DNA of 64,000 bases, from assembly GCF_020745735.1 (NCBI RefSeq), contig NC_083409.1, forward strand, positions 18,992,341 through 19,056,340, given 5' to 3'. The position numbers were made by a program, and so were the translations under genes. Source of the DNA: Hemiscyllium ocellatum. Lineage: Eukaryota. This document shows positions 22,500-34,939 of this stretch, piece by piece; position 1 is the stretch's first letter, and every line of letters starts with the position of its first letter. The notes below the pieces were generated by a model, which worked only from the letters and a program-made list of their open reading frames with translations, was not told where the DNA came from and searched no databases.

Positions 22500-25400
22500 C
22501 TTTGCTCCAGCTTTTGCATCCACCTCTGGCCCTTCCCACTCTGCAACCAAGACTCTGACTACATTTACCAGAGTCACCCTGAGTCCAGCTGCCGACCTGC
22601 AGCCAGCCAGCACACTCGCTCTCCCCCTCCTCATCCATACACCCCCACAGTGCACCCTATCCCTCCACTTCTCCCTCTTCACCTCATCCCCACCTTCCCA
22701 CTCACCCACCTCACTCCATAACCCACCTCCACCACAATCACCTTTCTCTCCTCCACCCATTTCCCAGTGCTACATCACAACCAACCCTCACCCACCACAC
22801 CATTACCCTTCCCCCTCCCCTCCTTCAGCCAACTTGGGCCCCCCGAAAACCTCACCCCCGAGCCTTGCCCCATATTTACTATTCCCCCCTCCCCGACCTC
22901 GAACTCTCTGAGGCAAAAAAGGGCTCACGGTCATTCCTGCTTGACCCCACCTCAACGAAACCTGCACCCGCCACAACGCGGAGCTCTTCTTCCGCCACCT
23001 CTACCTCCGTGTCTTCTTCTTTAACAAAAACTCCCAAACTCCCTGTGAGGACCCCTCCTCCCACCTCCAACCTTCCTGCTCCACTTGGTCACCACCCCCA
23101 TCCCCCACCACCAACTGTGTACACATCCTAGACCTCTTCAGTGCTCACCACTGACGTGATATCAGCCGCCTCAATTTCTCCACATCCCCCCCACCTCCGT
23201 CACTCTCTCCAACCACCCCCCTCTGATTGAGGACTCCATTCTCTCCGCGCCAACACCTGGTTCACTATCAAACCCACTGACAAAGATGGGGTGGTGGTAA
23301 TCTGGAGAACAGACCTAAATGTCACGGTGGCACAGTGGTTAGCACTGCTGCCTCACAGCGACAGGGACCTGGGTTCAATTCCTGCCTCAGGCGACTGACT
23401 GTGTGGAGTTTGCACATTCTCCCCGTGTCTGCGTGGGTTTCCTCCGGGTGCTCCGATTTCCTCCCGCAGTCACAAAGATGTGTGGGTCAGGTGAATTGGC
23501 CATGCTAAATTGTCCGTAGTGTTAAGTAAGGGGTAAATGTAGGGGTATGGGTGGGCGGCGCTTCGGCGGGTCGGTGTGGACTTGTTGGGCCGAAGGGCCT
23601 GTTTCCACACTGTAAGTAATCTAATCTAATGATGTCAGTCACATAGGCCGAACGCCAATTCTCCGACACCATGCCCTACTGCCCCCTTGCCCATGACCCC
23701 ACGGTGACCCATCAGGTCAAAATCACATGCACTATCAGTGCCCTCATTTCCTCCAGTGACCTCCCCTCCACTGCCTCCAAACTCATATACCCCCAGCCCC
23801 ACAAGGCCCAGTTCTATCTGCTCCTCAAGATCCACATGTCCAACTATCCCGGGTGACCCATTGTCTCAGCATGCTCCTGCTCCACCAAACTCCTCTCATC
23901 CTACCTCAACTCTCCTCCTTGATTCAGGCATTTCCCATCTACATCCGCTACACCAACCACACCCTCCATCTCTTCAGTAATGTCCAGATCCCCAGCCCTG
24001 AGCGCTTTATCTCCACTATGGATGTGCAGAACTTATATATATCCATACCCGATAAGGATGGCCTCCAGACCCTCCACCTTTTCCTCTGCAACAGACCTAT
24101 CCAGTCCCCCTCCACCAATACCCTCCTCCACCTTGCTGAACTAGTCCTCACCCTCAACAACATTTACTTTAACTCCTCCCATTTCCTCTTAATCCAGGGG
24201 TTGGCCATGGGCACCTAGATGGAACCCAGCTACGCTTGCTTCTTTATCGTCTATGTTGTATAGTCCCTCTCCAGTATCTACACAGGCACTGTGCCCAAAC
24301 TCTTCCGACATTACATCAATGACTGCATCAGTGCAGTGACCTGCACCCAGGCTGAACTGGAGCAGTTCATCGGCTTTGCCCACAACTTCCACCCCGTCCT
24401 CAAATTCCCTTGGTCCATCTCGGACAGCTCCCTCCCCTTTTTTGACCTCTCCATTTCCAATTCTGGTGATAATCTACAGACAGACATTTACGACAAACCC
24501 ACATATTCCCATAACTAACTGGACTACACCTCCTTCCACCCAGTATCCTGTAAGAACTCCATCTCATTCTTCCAATTCCTCTGCCTCCGCCCCATCAGCT
24601 CGGATGAGGAGATATTCTATTGATCACAGATGTCCAACTGTTACGAACAATGTGCTTTTCCTCCTTCTGTCATCCACTGCAACACATCTATTTCCTGTTC
24701 CACTGCTCTAAACCCACCCCCCTCTAAATACAATAAAGGGAGAGTCCCTATTGTCGTCACCTATCACCCCACCAATCTCTGAATCCAACACATCATTCTT
24801 AAACACTTCCATCAACTCTAACTAGACAACACCACCTAATACATCTTCCTCTCCCCACCCCTGGCTGCTTTCCACAAGGACCATTCCCTTCGATAATTCT
24901 TGATCTGTGCCACTAACACTGCAACCATCCCGAACCCCTTGGTACCTTCTCCTGCAACCTGAAAACATGCAAAACCTGCTGGTACACCAATCCCACACCT
25001 CCATCCAGGGCCCCAAACAGTCCTTCCAAGTGAGTCAGAGGTTCACCTGCTTCTCCTCCAACCTAGTTTACTGCATCAGGTGTTCCCCATGTGGTCTTCT
25101 CTACATCGGGAAGAGCAAACGTAAACTGAGGAACATTTCACTGAACATCTCAGCCGAACCCACAGGGGCCAAGCAGTCCTACCAGTCATCACCCATTTTA
25201 ATTCCCCTTCCCACTCCATTTTTGACATGACCATCATTGGCCTCCTCCATTGCCACAATGTACCAAACCACATATTGGAGGAACAACATCTCATCTTGCT
25301 TCTGGCAGCATACAGCCCAGATGACTCAACATTGAGTTCTCCAATTTCAAATAATCTCCCTTCACATCCTCTGACCCCCTTCCCAGCACCTCTCCCTCCC

Positions 25401-25632
25401 CTCCACAACTCCCTTACACCTACCAGATTCATTCCTCCCACTGACCAATCAGGTCACACCCTCCACCTGTCATCACCTATCCCCACTTCATCATCCTGTC
25501 CCCCGCCACCTCTTTATCTGCAGCTCCTCCTACACCCACTCCCATTCCTGAAGATGGGTTACACCCAAAACATCAGCTTCTCCACCGCCTGATGCTGCCT
25601 GACTTGCTGTGTTCTTCCAGCCTCCTACCTGT
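22500..25632 (+). mobile_element. Degenerate Penelope-like element (Neptune-type RT + GIY-YIG)
   Basis: AQFYLLLKIH, FISTMDVQNLYISIP, LAELVLTLNN...GLAMGT, LFRHYINDC, FTCFSSNLVYCIRCSPCGLLYIGK; decayed hammerhead at ~25548; many stops. Confidence 0.9.
23322..23629 (+). mobile_element. Young HE1-type SINE nested in the PLE
   Basis: A-box GGTGGCACAGTGGTTAG, B-box GGTTCAATTCC, complete body and (TAATC)n tail. Confidence 0.95.
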
Positions 25633-25769
25633 CATTGAATGGAACCAGTAGGAAAGGGTTAGACAATCAAGGGTCAGGCTCACAAACAAATGGGAATGGG
25701 ACGTGCTACAGACAGATGCATTGAGACAGTCAATCACAAAGAGAAGACCAAACTGGAAATGAAACACTA

Positions 25770-26095
25770 ATACACAGTGGATGGAATTTAATATCAGAAA
25801 GTGTGAGACCATGAACTTGGGTCAGAATAATCTAAAGGCCGACTATTATTTAAATAGGGAGAGATTCCAACAAAGTGCAGTACAGAGTGATCTGGGTAGT
25901 ATTGTGCACGGGAAACTGAAAGTTAGTGCAGGTACAGCAAGTAATTGAGAAGGTGAATGGAATTTTCACCTTTATTGCTGGGGGTTGGAATTTAAAAGTA
26001 GAGAAGTCTTGTTAAAACTGTACGGGGTGTTAGTGAGGCTGCATCTGGGGTATTGTGTGCAATTTTGGTCTCGGTATTTAAGAAAGGATGGACAG
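25770..26095 (+). mobile_element. CR1 RT fragment
   Basis: KSREVLLKLYGVLVRLHLGYCVQFWS. Confidence 0.75.
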
Positions 26096-28437
26096 CCGTT
26101 GGAGTCTTCCTCCAACTCCTATTTCCCATGTCCTTCTGTGCTCCAATGTCCTTCCCTCACAGCGGAGCTGGTTTGTAGCCTGCCTGCAGTAGCAGCCTCC
26201 AGTCTCTGGGTGGTGCTACCAAATGATCTGCATTGCCCAGGCTGTCACAGTTCCCACATTACAATCATGTCTGGTTTTTGGAAGCATTTCATTGGCTGTA
26301 AAATATTTTCGAACATCCTAAGTTCAAGGAAGGTATAACAAAAATATAATTCTCTCTCCTTTTATATTTTATCTCGATGCCTTCCCACCTGTCTCCTAAC
26401 AACATCACAGACTTGTGTAAAATTTAGAATGAATCATGAATCTCTGGGAGAATTTACTCTGTGACAACACGGGGATTATTGACCACCTCCTCAGTGGGCT
26501 TTGAGGGTGAAGGTCAATAGCACTCTCATTGGGACTTGATCTGAGTTGTCTCCAGTTAGTCAGTGTTATTGTTCTGGGTCCAGACAGTACTGACCAATGC
26601 TGTGTTCTGATTGAGATGAAGTGTGAGCTGTGCTGGGTTTTCACACGTGGCTTACACACACATAGTGAAGCATGGATTACCCATTTCATGAGAGCAAATG
26701 GAACTAACAAAATGGGTGGATGTGACACCCCCAAACTCTTCCCTAAGATAGTGGGGACAGGAACAGTTATATTCTCAACAGAAAGAATGATAGAAATGGT
26801 ACCCCACAGACAGAGGTGGGACAGGAAAAGCAACGCTCCCGAAAGACAGGGGACAGAAACTGTCTGTTCCCTACTTTCTTGTTGTGACACATGACCTTGG
26901 GAAATTGGTTTGATTTCTATTTTCTCAGTTGGATTTGGGTTTGATGAGGTGATTCGGGAACAAGTATTCCAATTCCTTATTTCCTGTCACAGCAGATCCA
27001 CTGAAGGTCATCCTTTCATTTGGAGCTTGCCCAGGTTTCTGTCCAGGCTGATACAGCATGGTCTACTAGTGCTGCTCCTATTGGGCTAAACCATCTCACA
27101 CGAGGGAATCTGACAGGCACTTTCTGTTTGTGCTGGCAAATGGAGAGATTTGCTTTTACTACAATAGCGGCCAAAGAAATGAGTCAGTGGATGTGTTTCT
27201 AGCTGAGCACAATGTTCTGATGTTCATGATGGGATTAACCTCGACAGTTCCCACTTGCCTTTACACAGACAGTGGAACAGGAAGTCACCATGCAGTGGTC
27301 TCCTGGCTCACACTGAGAAACCGAGTTGATGGTATAACTGCAGAGAGCAAGGCAATGGCTTGGACTCACCGAACAACCAGAGGCTTCAGCCACCAACTGG
27401 GTCACAGGCAAATGGTGTGTTGTGTAAACTCTCAGTATCTCAGGGAACAAACACAACTACTGAGCTACAAAACTGAACAGGATATTTTTATGAAAATCGG
27501 CATTCCAAAAATGAAATCCAGACACAATATGTATAAAACCTGGGTACAATCTAATTTCAGAGAGTACAGCATTTTCTTTGAAAGCTGGACAATAATGAGA
27601 TGGGAATTCAGCCACCCACTCCATCACACGGTGTTGAAGTTGCACTGTCCTCAGCATAACACAGTTCAAAGCCTTTTAATAACACGAAAGGGGAGAGGAA
27701 CATTGCAGACCGTATTACCACGAGTGAGGATCCATTAAAAACTAAGACCATGATGTTAAATGCTCCCAGCCATAAACAACACTGATGCATTCCCATCATT
27801 AGTATATTAAGTGATGTTAAAAAGTCTGCCAACCACTTTCATGAAGAAGGAATATTTAAATCTCAAGAGGCATTGATGACTTTTTTTCAGGACTATAGCA
27901 AGGAAGCAGCAGCTGGCATATAAACCCTAACACACTAATGATAACAGGCATTTAGTACAGAGCTGGCTCTGAGAGAAAACAATCAACAGCAGAGATCTGT
28001 CCAGTGCTGGGAACACTTTAGACAAGACATTTGGTTGCCAGCAAGTTTCTGCAGCTTGAAAACTCCAGTATAGTCAGAAAGGGAAAAAGGACGATGTGCA
28101 GATTGTTGAACAGGTCCCGACACTTGGGCCTGAGGCAGGAGCCCAAGCTCCAACACACTGGCCTCACTTCACACCAACCTTCACAGAGTGCGGGATCATG
28201 AACTCCAGCCATTAGTCCCTCTGGGACCGGGACGGAGTGAGGGAACAGGGACAATTGTAGAAGAGTCAATAAGGAGTAAAGCAAGATGGAGAGGGTGTTT
28301 TGGAAAGGGGTGAGAGGAGGAAATATACTTTGTGCCCCTCGATACTGATATTGTCCATTTGTTCAAAGTTTGTGCGAAGATTTGTAGCTCGGGTGCTTGT
28401 TGTAGTGGTTCTGTTCACCGAGCTGGAAGTTTTTGTT

Positions 28438-28477
28438 GCAAACGTTTCGCCCCCTGGCTAGGAGACATCATCAGTGC
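28438..28477 (-). ncRNA. Minimal type I hammerhead ribozyme motif (minus arm)
   Basis: Exact reverse complement of 29179-29218. Confidence 0.7.
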
Positions 28478-29178
28478 TCTGGAGCCTCCTGCGAAGCGCT
28501 TCTTTGATATTTCTTCCGACATTTATAGTGGTCTGTCCTTGCCGCTTCCGGGTGTCAGTTTCAGCTGTCCGCTGTAGTGGTTGGTATATTGGGTCCAGGT
28601 CGATGTGTTTGTTGATGGAGTTTGTGGATGAATGCCGTGCCTCTAGGAATTCCCTGGCTGTTCTCTGTCTGGCTTACCCTATGATAGTAGTGTTTTCCCA
28701 GTTGAATTCATGTTGCTTGTTGTCTGAGTGTGTGGCTACTAGGGATAGCTGGTCGTGTCGTTTCGTGGCTAGTTGGTGTTCATGTATGCGGATTGTTAGC
28801 TGTCTTCCTGTTTGTCCTATATAGTGTTTTGTGCAGTCCTTACATGGTATTTTATAAACTACATTAGTTTTGCTCATGTTGGGTATTGGCTCCTTTGTTC
28901 TTGGAAGTTGTTGTCTGAGCGTGGCTAGGGGTCGCAGTAGTCTGGCTGTCAGTTCTGAAACGCTCCTGATGTATGGTAGTGTGGCTCGTCCTAAAAAAGC
29001 CAGAGAATTCCTAGAGGCATGGCATTCATCCACAAACTCCATCAACAAACACATCGACCTGGACCCAATATACCAACCACTACAGGACAGCTGAAACTGA
29101 CACCCGGAAGTGGCAAGGACAGACCACTATAAAATGCCGGAAGAAACATCAAAGAAGCGCTTCGCAGGAGGCTCCAGA

Positions 29179-29218
29179 GCACTGATGATGTCTCCTAGCC
29201 AGGGGGCGAAACGTTTGC
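29179..29218 (+). ncRNA. Minimal type I hammerhead ribozyme motif
   Basis: GCA-CUGAUGA-U-[GUCUCCU agcc AGGGGGC]-GAAAC-GUU-UGC: core intact, 7-bp stem II, palindromic loopless stem III (ACGU), 3-bp stem I. Confidence 0.75.
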
Positions 29219-29442
29219 AACAAAACTTCCAGCTCGGCGAACAGAACCACTACTACATTGTCCATTTGTATCACAGAATGAACAAAACAGCACACTGTGA
29301 AGACAATCACAAGTTACACCAAAGTACTTTTCTTATCACAGGGGACATTTTCATTGTGGTACGATAAGTACCCTGCTTCTGAAGCTGGACACACTCTCTG
29401 CATCTTTACAGTTTATTCTTTACTGATCAGGGACAGTGAAGC

Positions 29443-29460
29443 AGCTGCCCTCTAGTGGCG
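29443..29460 (-). promoter_or_regulatory. Candidate CTCF-binding site
   Basis: AGCTGCCCTCTAGTGGCG closely matches the reverse complement of the vertebrate CTCF core CCACYAGRGGGCRC. Confidence 0.5.
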
Positions 29461-30654
29461 AGAGAGCGCTTGCACTGCTGCTGAGGATTATGGGTAAAGT
29501 CCCCTTCCATTCGCGCCCACACAAACCAGCAGCTACTTCAGCTGCTTTATTGAAAACCACAAACTTTCAAGGGGCTGCTCTTTCAACGGTGTAACATCAG
29601 TTGAGGCCAAACCAACTTGTCATATAGCTGAGCACATCTTCCTGGCTTTTAGAGACACACAATTATACGAATTAGGGACAGATGAAGGAGATTCATCCTC
29701 TTGATCCGGTTCCACATGGTGGATCTGATTATTCCACATTCTTGCCTAACTCTGATAGATTACTGATCAGCAAGGGATGAAAGGCTGTCTAATTCTTCAT
29801 TACAAGTATTCAGAGATTTCTGTTGACCTTTTGAACAAGAGTTTCAAAGACCTATGACTGTATGCAAGACAAAGAATTCTGCTTTTCTCATTCTTAAATG
29901 AGGGAACATATTTTAGTTTTGCATTACCCACAAAAACGTAACATTTTTTTCACATCCAGACTGTATTCTATGCTAATGTTGATATGGTATCTGCTTTATC
30001 AGCTGCTCTCACATGAAAACAGCTGCCTGTGCTGACACCTTCAGTGACTAATGCACATAAGCATCCAGGTCCTACTGCCCCTACAGCTATCCATATTTGT
30101 ATCCTTTAATTTGATTTGTCTCACCACATTTTCCTTCCACAATGAATCACCGACATCTCTTTCCATTAAATTGTATCTGCAATCATCTGCTCATTCCATT
30201 CACTTACCGACATCCTTTATGAAGTTCGACACTATCTTCTTCATAAGCCACAATACTTCAAAGTTTTATATCATCAGAAAACTTTGAAATTATGCCTTGT
30301 ACACTCAGGTTAACATAGATTTATTGTGAACATTTATTTTAAATAAATTATCATCTGTTTTGACCAAATCCCCCAGTCAGTTCGGCCATGGCTAACCAGG
30401 AACACATTCCCCCTTAGTTCTGTAAACCTTACTGTCCTGTGCGAACGAACATCGAACCCCGGCCTTGACAGCTTTTCCAATTGCGAGTACCGGATATCAC
30501 ACTTTTTCAGAAGGAGTTCTTCCTGAAATCATCCGAATTTTAATTTTAACAACCCTCTTGTTCTGAACTCTGGCACTGGAGAAAACAATTTACATCAACA
30601 CTGTTAATCATTCCCAGAGGAAAAGCCTCACTTGTACAACCTGTTTGCTGTCAT

Positions 30655-31020
30655 TAACAGTTTCAGGTCTGAAGGTGACATGACAGGCTGGATACTGAGA
30701 GGATGGTTCCTGTTGTAGGGCAGACAAGAACTAGAGGGTCAATTTAACACAAAGCAGTCTCCCGTTTAAAACCAGGAAGTTTTGTTTTGACGGCTGAGAG
30801 TTGACAGTCTGTGGAATTCTGTTCTCTACATGGGAATGGAGCTTGGGTTTACTCAAGGTTGAGGGAGACAGATTTTTGATGAACATGGCAGTTAAGTGTA
30901 ATGGGAGAATTGGGGGAAGCAGAAAGTGCAGCTGAGACCACACCCAGATGAGCAATGATCTTCTTTCATTGGCACAGCAGCTCCCAAAAGGCCTGCTCCT
31001 GCTCCTGGGCCCTATGTTCT
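30655..31020 (+). mobile_element. CR1 3' end (degenerate)
   Basis: ACAAGAACTAGAGGGTCAATTT...CTGTGGAATTCT...GGCCTGCTCCTGCTCCT, typical CR1 3' sequence. Confidence 0.65.
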
Positions 31021-32068
31021 GGCAGAGGCTGCAGCAATCCTGGACCCCCATGTTTCCTTTGTCACTCACTGACAGAAATATAATTTCAAAACAAACATTA
31101 TTTTCTTTAACAAACTCAACTCAACTCTCGTTACATTATTTTTCTCAGCTGTCTTCTTATCGCCACAGGGTTTGGGAAACATACGTTTTGTCTTCAGTTG
31201 GAAGGGAGGCAGACAGAGACAGAGCGAGGCCTCAGAGAACACAGAGAGCTCTCACTCTGCACAGCAAAGCTTTTTTTGGGTGGGGGTGAAGAGGAGAGAA
31301 TCACGGGGAAAAGACAACTTAGAGTTCAAAATAAAAGCTCTTCGCATATTGCTATCACTTAATGAATTAATGTGAGAGGATTAGAGACCCAGAACAATGA
31401 GAGTGTGGTGCCTCAGAGGTTAAAAGGCAGACATTATTCCTTCTCAGGGCATGAATGCCAGTGATAAGTCTCAAATGTATTGCCCATCTCCAGCTGCTCG
31501 CACTGCGTTCTTTGCTGAACCAGATCATGGAGCCGTTAAGAATTAATTGAGTCAGTGTGAGACTGGAGTCACAAGACCGGGTGATGACTGGGTTCCCTTG
31601 CCCAAAGAACATTCATGAACATGACGTTAAGTTTCATGGGTTTTTTTGTTCAGATCCCAATGATGATGTAGACCCCCGTGCAGGACCCCTCGGTCTCATG
31701 ATCGGTCAAAAGAATCACTAGGATTACGGTCTGGTTAAAGCAAGGTTACTAGTTTAATAAATTAAGGCAGCCTGCGCAGATTTGTCCAGCAACACAGAGG
31801 TTGAAAGCTTCTGTGTTCCATGGACAAATGGCACAATTATATTCAAAAATTACACATTATTTATGTTTTTTAAGAGATAGGACAGCCTTAAGTACAAGCA
31901 AAGACCAATCACATATAATAAGTTGACAAGATTTACAGCAGGTTAATCCAATGATATTTCCCGGGAAAGGGTTCTTAATTACAAGAAAAGTTCGATCAAC
32001 CATAATAAAGTGATATTATTGCCAACAGGCCAGTCCAATGATATTCCCTGGGAAACAGATTGTTATAT

Positions 32069-32908
32069 TCAAAGTTTGTGACAAGTTTTGTAGCTCGGGT
32101 GCTCGTTGTTGTGGTTCTGTTCGCCGAGCTGGGAGTTTTTGTTGCAAACATTTCATCCCCTTTCTAGGTGACACCTTCAGTGCTTGGGAGCCTCCTGTGA
32201 AGCGCTTCTGTGCTGATTCCTCTGGCATTTATAGTGGTTTGAATCTGCCGCTTCTGGTTGTCAGTTGCTGTTCGCTGCAGTGGCCGGCCAAAGGACTGGC
32301 CACACTCCCATACATCAGGAGCATTTCTGAACTGACAGCCAGACTGCTGCGACCACTAGGACTCGTAACAGCACACAAACCAACAGCCACTCTCAGACAA
32401 CAACTCACCAGGACAAAGGACCCGATACCCAGTAGGAGCAAAACCAATGTAGTGTACAAAATCCCATGCAAGGACTGCACAAAACACTACATAGGACAAA
32501 CAGGAAGACAGCTAACAACCCGCATCCATGAACACCAACTAGCCACGAAACGACACGACCAGCTATCCCTAGTAGCCACACACTCAGATGACAAACAACA
32601 CGAATTCAATTGGGACAACACCACTATTATAGGGCAGGCCAAACAGAGAGCAGCCAGGGAATTCCTAGAGGCATGGCACTCATCCACAAATTCTATCAAC
32701 AGACACATCAAACTAGACCCTATATACCGGCCACTGCAGTGAACAGCAACTGACAACCGGAAGCGGCAGATTCAAACCAGTATAAATACCGGAGGAATCA
32801 GCACAGAAGCGCTTCACAGGAGGCTCCCAAGCACTGAAGATGTCACCTAGAAAGGGGACGAAACGTTTGCAACAAAAACTCCCAGCTCGGCGAACAGAAC
32901 CACAACAA
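32069..32908. mobile_element. Poseidon-type Penelope insertion with inverted pLTR arms
   Basis: Plus arm encodes ATLPYIRSISELTARLLRP...YIGQTGRQLTTRIHEH; 210-bp inverted minus arm; TSD CAGAT(G)TGTTATAT at 32056-32068 and 32909-32922. Confidence 0.93.
32831..32870 (+). ncRNA. Minimal hammerhead ribozyme motif
   Basis: GCA-CUGAAGA-U-[GUCACCU agaa AGGGGAC]-GAAAC-GUU-UGC, with one A.G mismatch in stem II. Confidence 0.65.
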
Positions 32909-33193
32909 CAGATGTGTTATATGCACAGAATTACCCCAGGTTTGCTAGTTCAGGATTAGTTCAAATACCAAATCACTGTCTTATAATTCCTGTTCTGAAA
33001 AATCCATTGTATTTTCTGAACTTGTATTTAGCTTAACCCAGCAAAGCAGCAGCACAAGTTCACAAGAGTCAAATCATTACTTTCAGCCATGTTGTTGTGT
33101 TATTTTAAAATGAAAATCCATTTTGTGGTTAATAAAAATCAACATATACTTGTTGCTTCTTACAACAACCTAAATTCAAATTTTAGATCCTCA

Positions 33194-33203
33194 TTCCCCC
33201 CTT
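33194..33203 (-). other. Retroviral polypurine tract
   Basis: AAAGGGGGAA on the minus strand, abutting the TG of the LTR, 130 nt after the env stop. Confidence 0.75.
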
Positions 33204-33333
33204 TGTCATTCTATGACCACACCATAAAGGCATGGATCAAATTAATCCAATCCAATGGTAGCGAAAGACTGCAGTATTTTCTCTTCCTCCAAAGATGAAT
33301 CTGGGGCAGGCGATGATGCTTCTCATCATCATC

Positions 33334-34939
33334 TCAGTGGAGAAGAAACATTCTCTGGGTGGAGCCAATGTTGTCAATAGAAATTAATATTTTAGCAAGA
33401 ATACTCTTAACAATAGCAATACCAACAAAAAGACCAACGAAAACAATAGCAGCATACATAGCCATATTGATTAGCCAGTTGTACCATGAGCCAAAACCCC
33501 AGTCTCCCAATCCTGCACCTTCATTCATTTGGTTGACAAAAGTGTGGATGCTATCTATATGTCTAGTAATGTTTTCGATGGTCAAAGTGACCCCCATGAT
33601 ACACTTTCCTTTGACTATGGTGCAAACTCCACCTTCCGCCACAAGTATGTAATCAAAAGCATAGCTGTTTTGTTGGGTACAGAGGCACAATTCTGAAAGC
33701 CTGTCCCTAATTTCTATTAGGGCAGCAGTTGTCTCATTTCATGAAATCATGAGTCCACAAATGAGATAATTATAGTTTTGATGACTAATAACTCCTGAAG
33801 ACCCTCCTACAGAAAGAACACTAAGAGCTGCATATGCCAATGAGTGAGTTTTATTTTTTGATAGAACCCCTGCATTCTTCCATTCTGCACAAAAGTCAGG
33901 AGAAACTGAATGTTTAATCAGGGAATTTGAATCTTGTTGCCAGGTAATTGGACAGGGAACAGTAGTTGGAAATAGTGTTTCTACAGCTACATCATGATGT
34001 GTACCTGCTCTGTTCAGGACAAGGTAGGTATACGCCTTATTGTGACCGAAAAAATACTATCCAGGTTTAGTATAGGTAATGGAGGGACCTTCCCAATAAG
34101 AATCGGGCCTATCTCTGTAACTTCCTGGAGTACCTGTGTAATTCATGATTACATAATTTGGCCCCGAACGTAAAGGCTGAAAATTATTTAGTTGAATGAG
34201 GTGGGTTTCTTGATAAGGGACGTGGTCGACATCCCAGAATAGTTCTACCCATCCAATAACTGGGAAAATATTGGTGCCATTAGGGGTATCATAACGAAGG
34301 TGGGTGTTGTTACCCACCTTACAAAGGGTTTGAATACCAATGGTAATAGAGACACATTTCTCCTTAAGGCATACACATGAGATGCAAGGTCCTTCAAGGA
34401 AGCAGTGATGACTGATACATTTAATCATAGTACAGGGGATAATTTTAGGCACTTTTACATAAGTGCATCCTCCTCATCCCTGGAAGAATAAAAGGGGTCA
34501 GGGAGTCTCTTGCGAAGTAAGGGCATAACAAACTACTTCATCCTCTCCAAATATTTTATTATGGGTTGTTAGAAACATGTTGCTAGTGAAGGATAATATC
34601 CCCCCTTTGTCTATTTTAACATGATCTATCCCAAAGGCGGCAAGGCTTGCCAGGGATGCCCATTGTACAAATGTAATCAACTGGCACACAACACCTTTAC
34701 AGGGTAAAGACCATTTAGACTTGTTCTGTAAATTAACTGTTCAATCTTTTTGATGCAGTTGATCACTGCAATGGTCATTCTTGGTAACATTCACCTTCTC
34801 GGCACACAAGGACATCTTCCTGGCGTCGTTGGTACACAGTCTCTGTTTGCTCAGGATCACACAGGTAAACTGTCCCTTCTTATGCACCAATGCTGCCAAT
34901 GGCAAGTCCACACAGCAGGTCAAGTTTGATCTTTATCAT
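33334..34939 (-). pseudogene. env: Retroviral env pseudogene (gamma/epsilon-type TM)
   Basis: ORFs 34498-34689, 34057-34452 and 33334-33690 share one frame, broken by stops. Motifs: PG*YFFGHNKAYTYL, ISD-like QQNSYAFDYILVAEGGVC, C-x6-C, TM anchor WLINMAMYAAIVFVGLFVGIAIV. A possible signal-peptide start (ATG 34939) lies one frameshift upstream and is less certain. Confidence 0.85.

Larger units (their letters stand above)
28363..29256. mobile_element. Poseidon-type Penelope insertion with inverted pLTR arms
   Basis: Minus arm encodes ATLPYIRS...NVVYKIPCKDCTKHYIGQTGRQL (GIY-YIG); the 270-bp plus arm is its inverted copy; 13-bp TSD ATTGTCCATTTGT at 28350-28362 and 29257-29269. Confidence 0.95.
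26405..29545 (-). repeat. Paralogous segment copy 1 (inverted relative to copies 2 and 3)
   Basis: 26405-28230 matches the reverse complement of 37924-40466; 28130-29545 matches the reverse complement of 14600-15382. Confidence 0.9.
31667..33193 (-). mobile_element. ERV 3' LTR (~690 bp) interrupted by a Penelope insertion
   Basis: On the minus strand it begins with TG (33193) right after the PPT, has an ATTAAA signal (~31755), and ends CACGGGGGTCTACA (31667), resembling gamma/epsilon U5 ends. Confidence 0.75.

Noticed and set aside
22209-23131. Several Pro-rich ORFs
   Set aside because: Read through a SINE and C-rich PLE sequence; low-complexity artefacts.
27130-27738. 202-aa ORF in paralog copy 1
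   Set aside because: The frame is broken in the ~93%-identical paralog; there are no recognisable motifs, and C1-set spacing does not fit.
29261-29299. J-type RSS-like arrangement: TCCATTTGT - 23 nt - CACTGTG
   Set aside because: The nonamer matches only 5/9, no FGxG J sequence or donor follows, and the heptamer is not conserved in paralog copy 3.
33334-34939. Deaminase (APOBEC/AID) hypermutation explaining the TGA/TAG stops in env
   Set aside because: Dinucleotide contexts are mixed, CpG decay (CGA>TGA) explains them equally well, and no intact reference is available.
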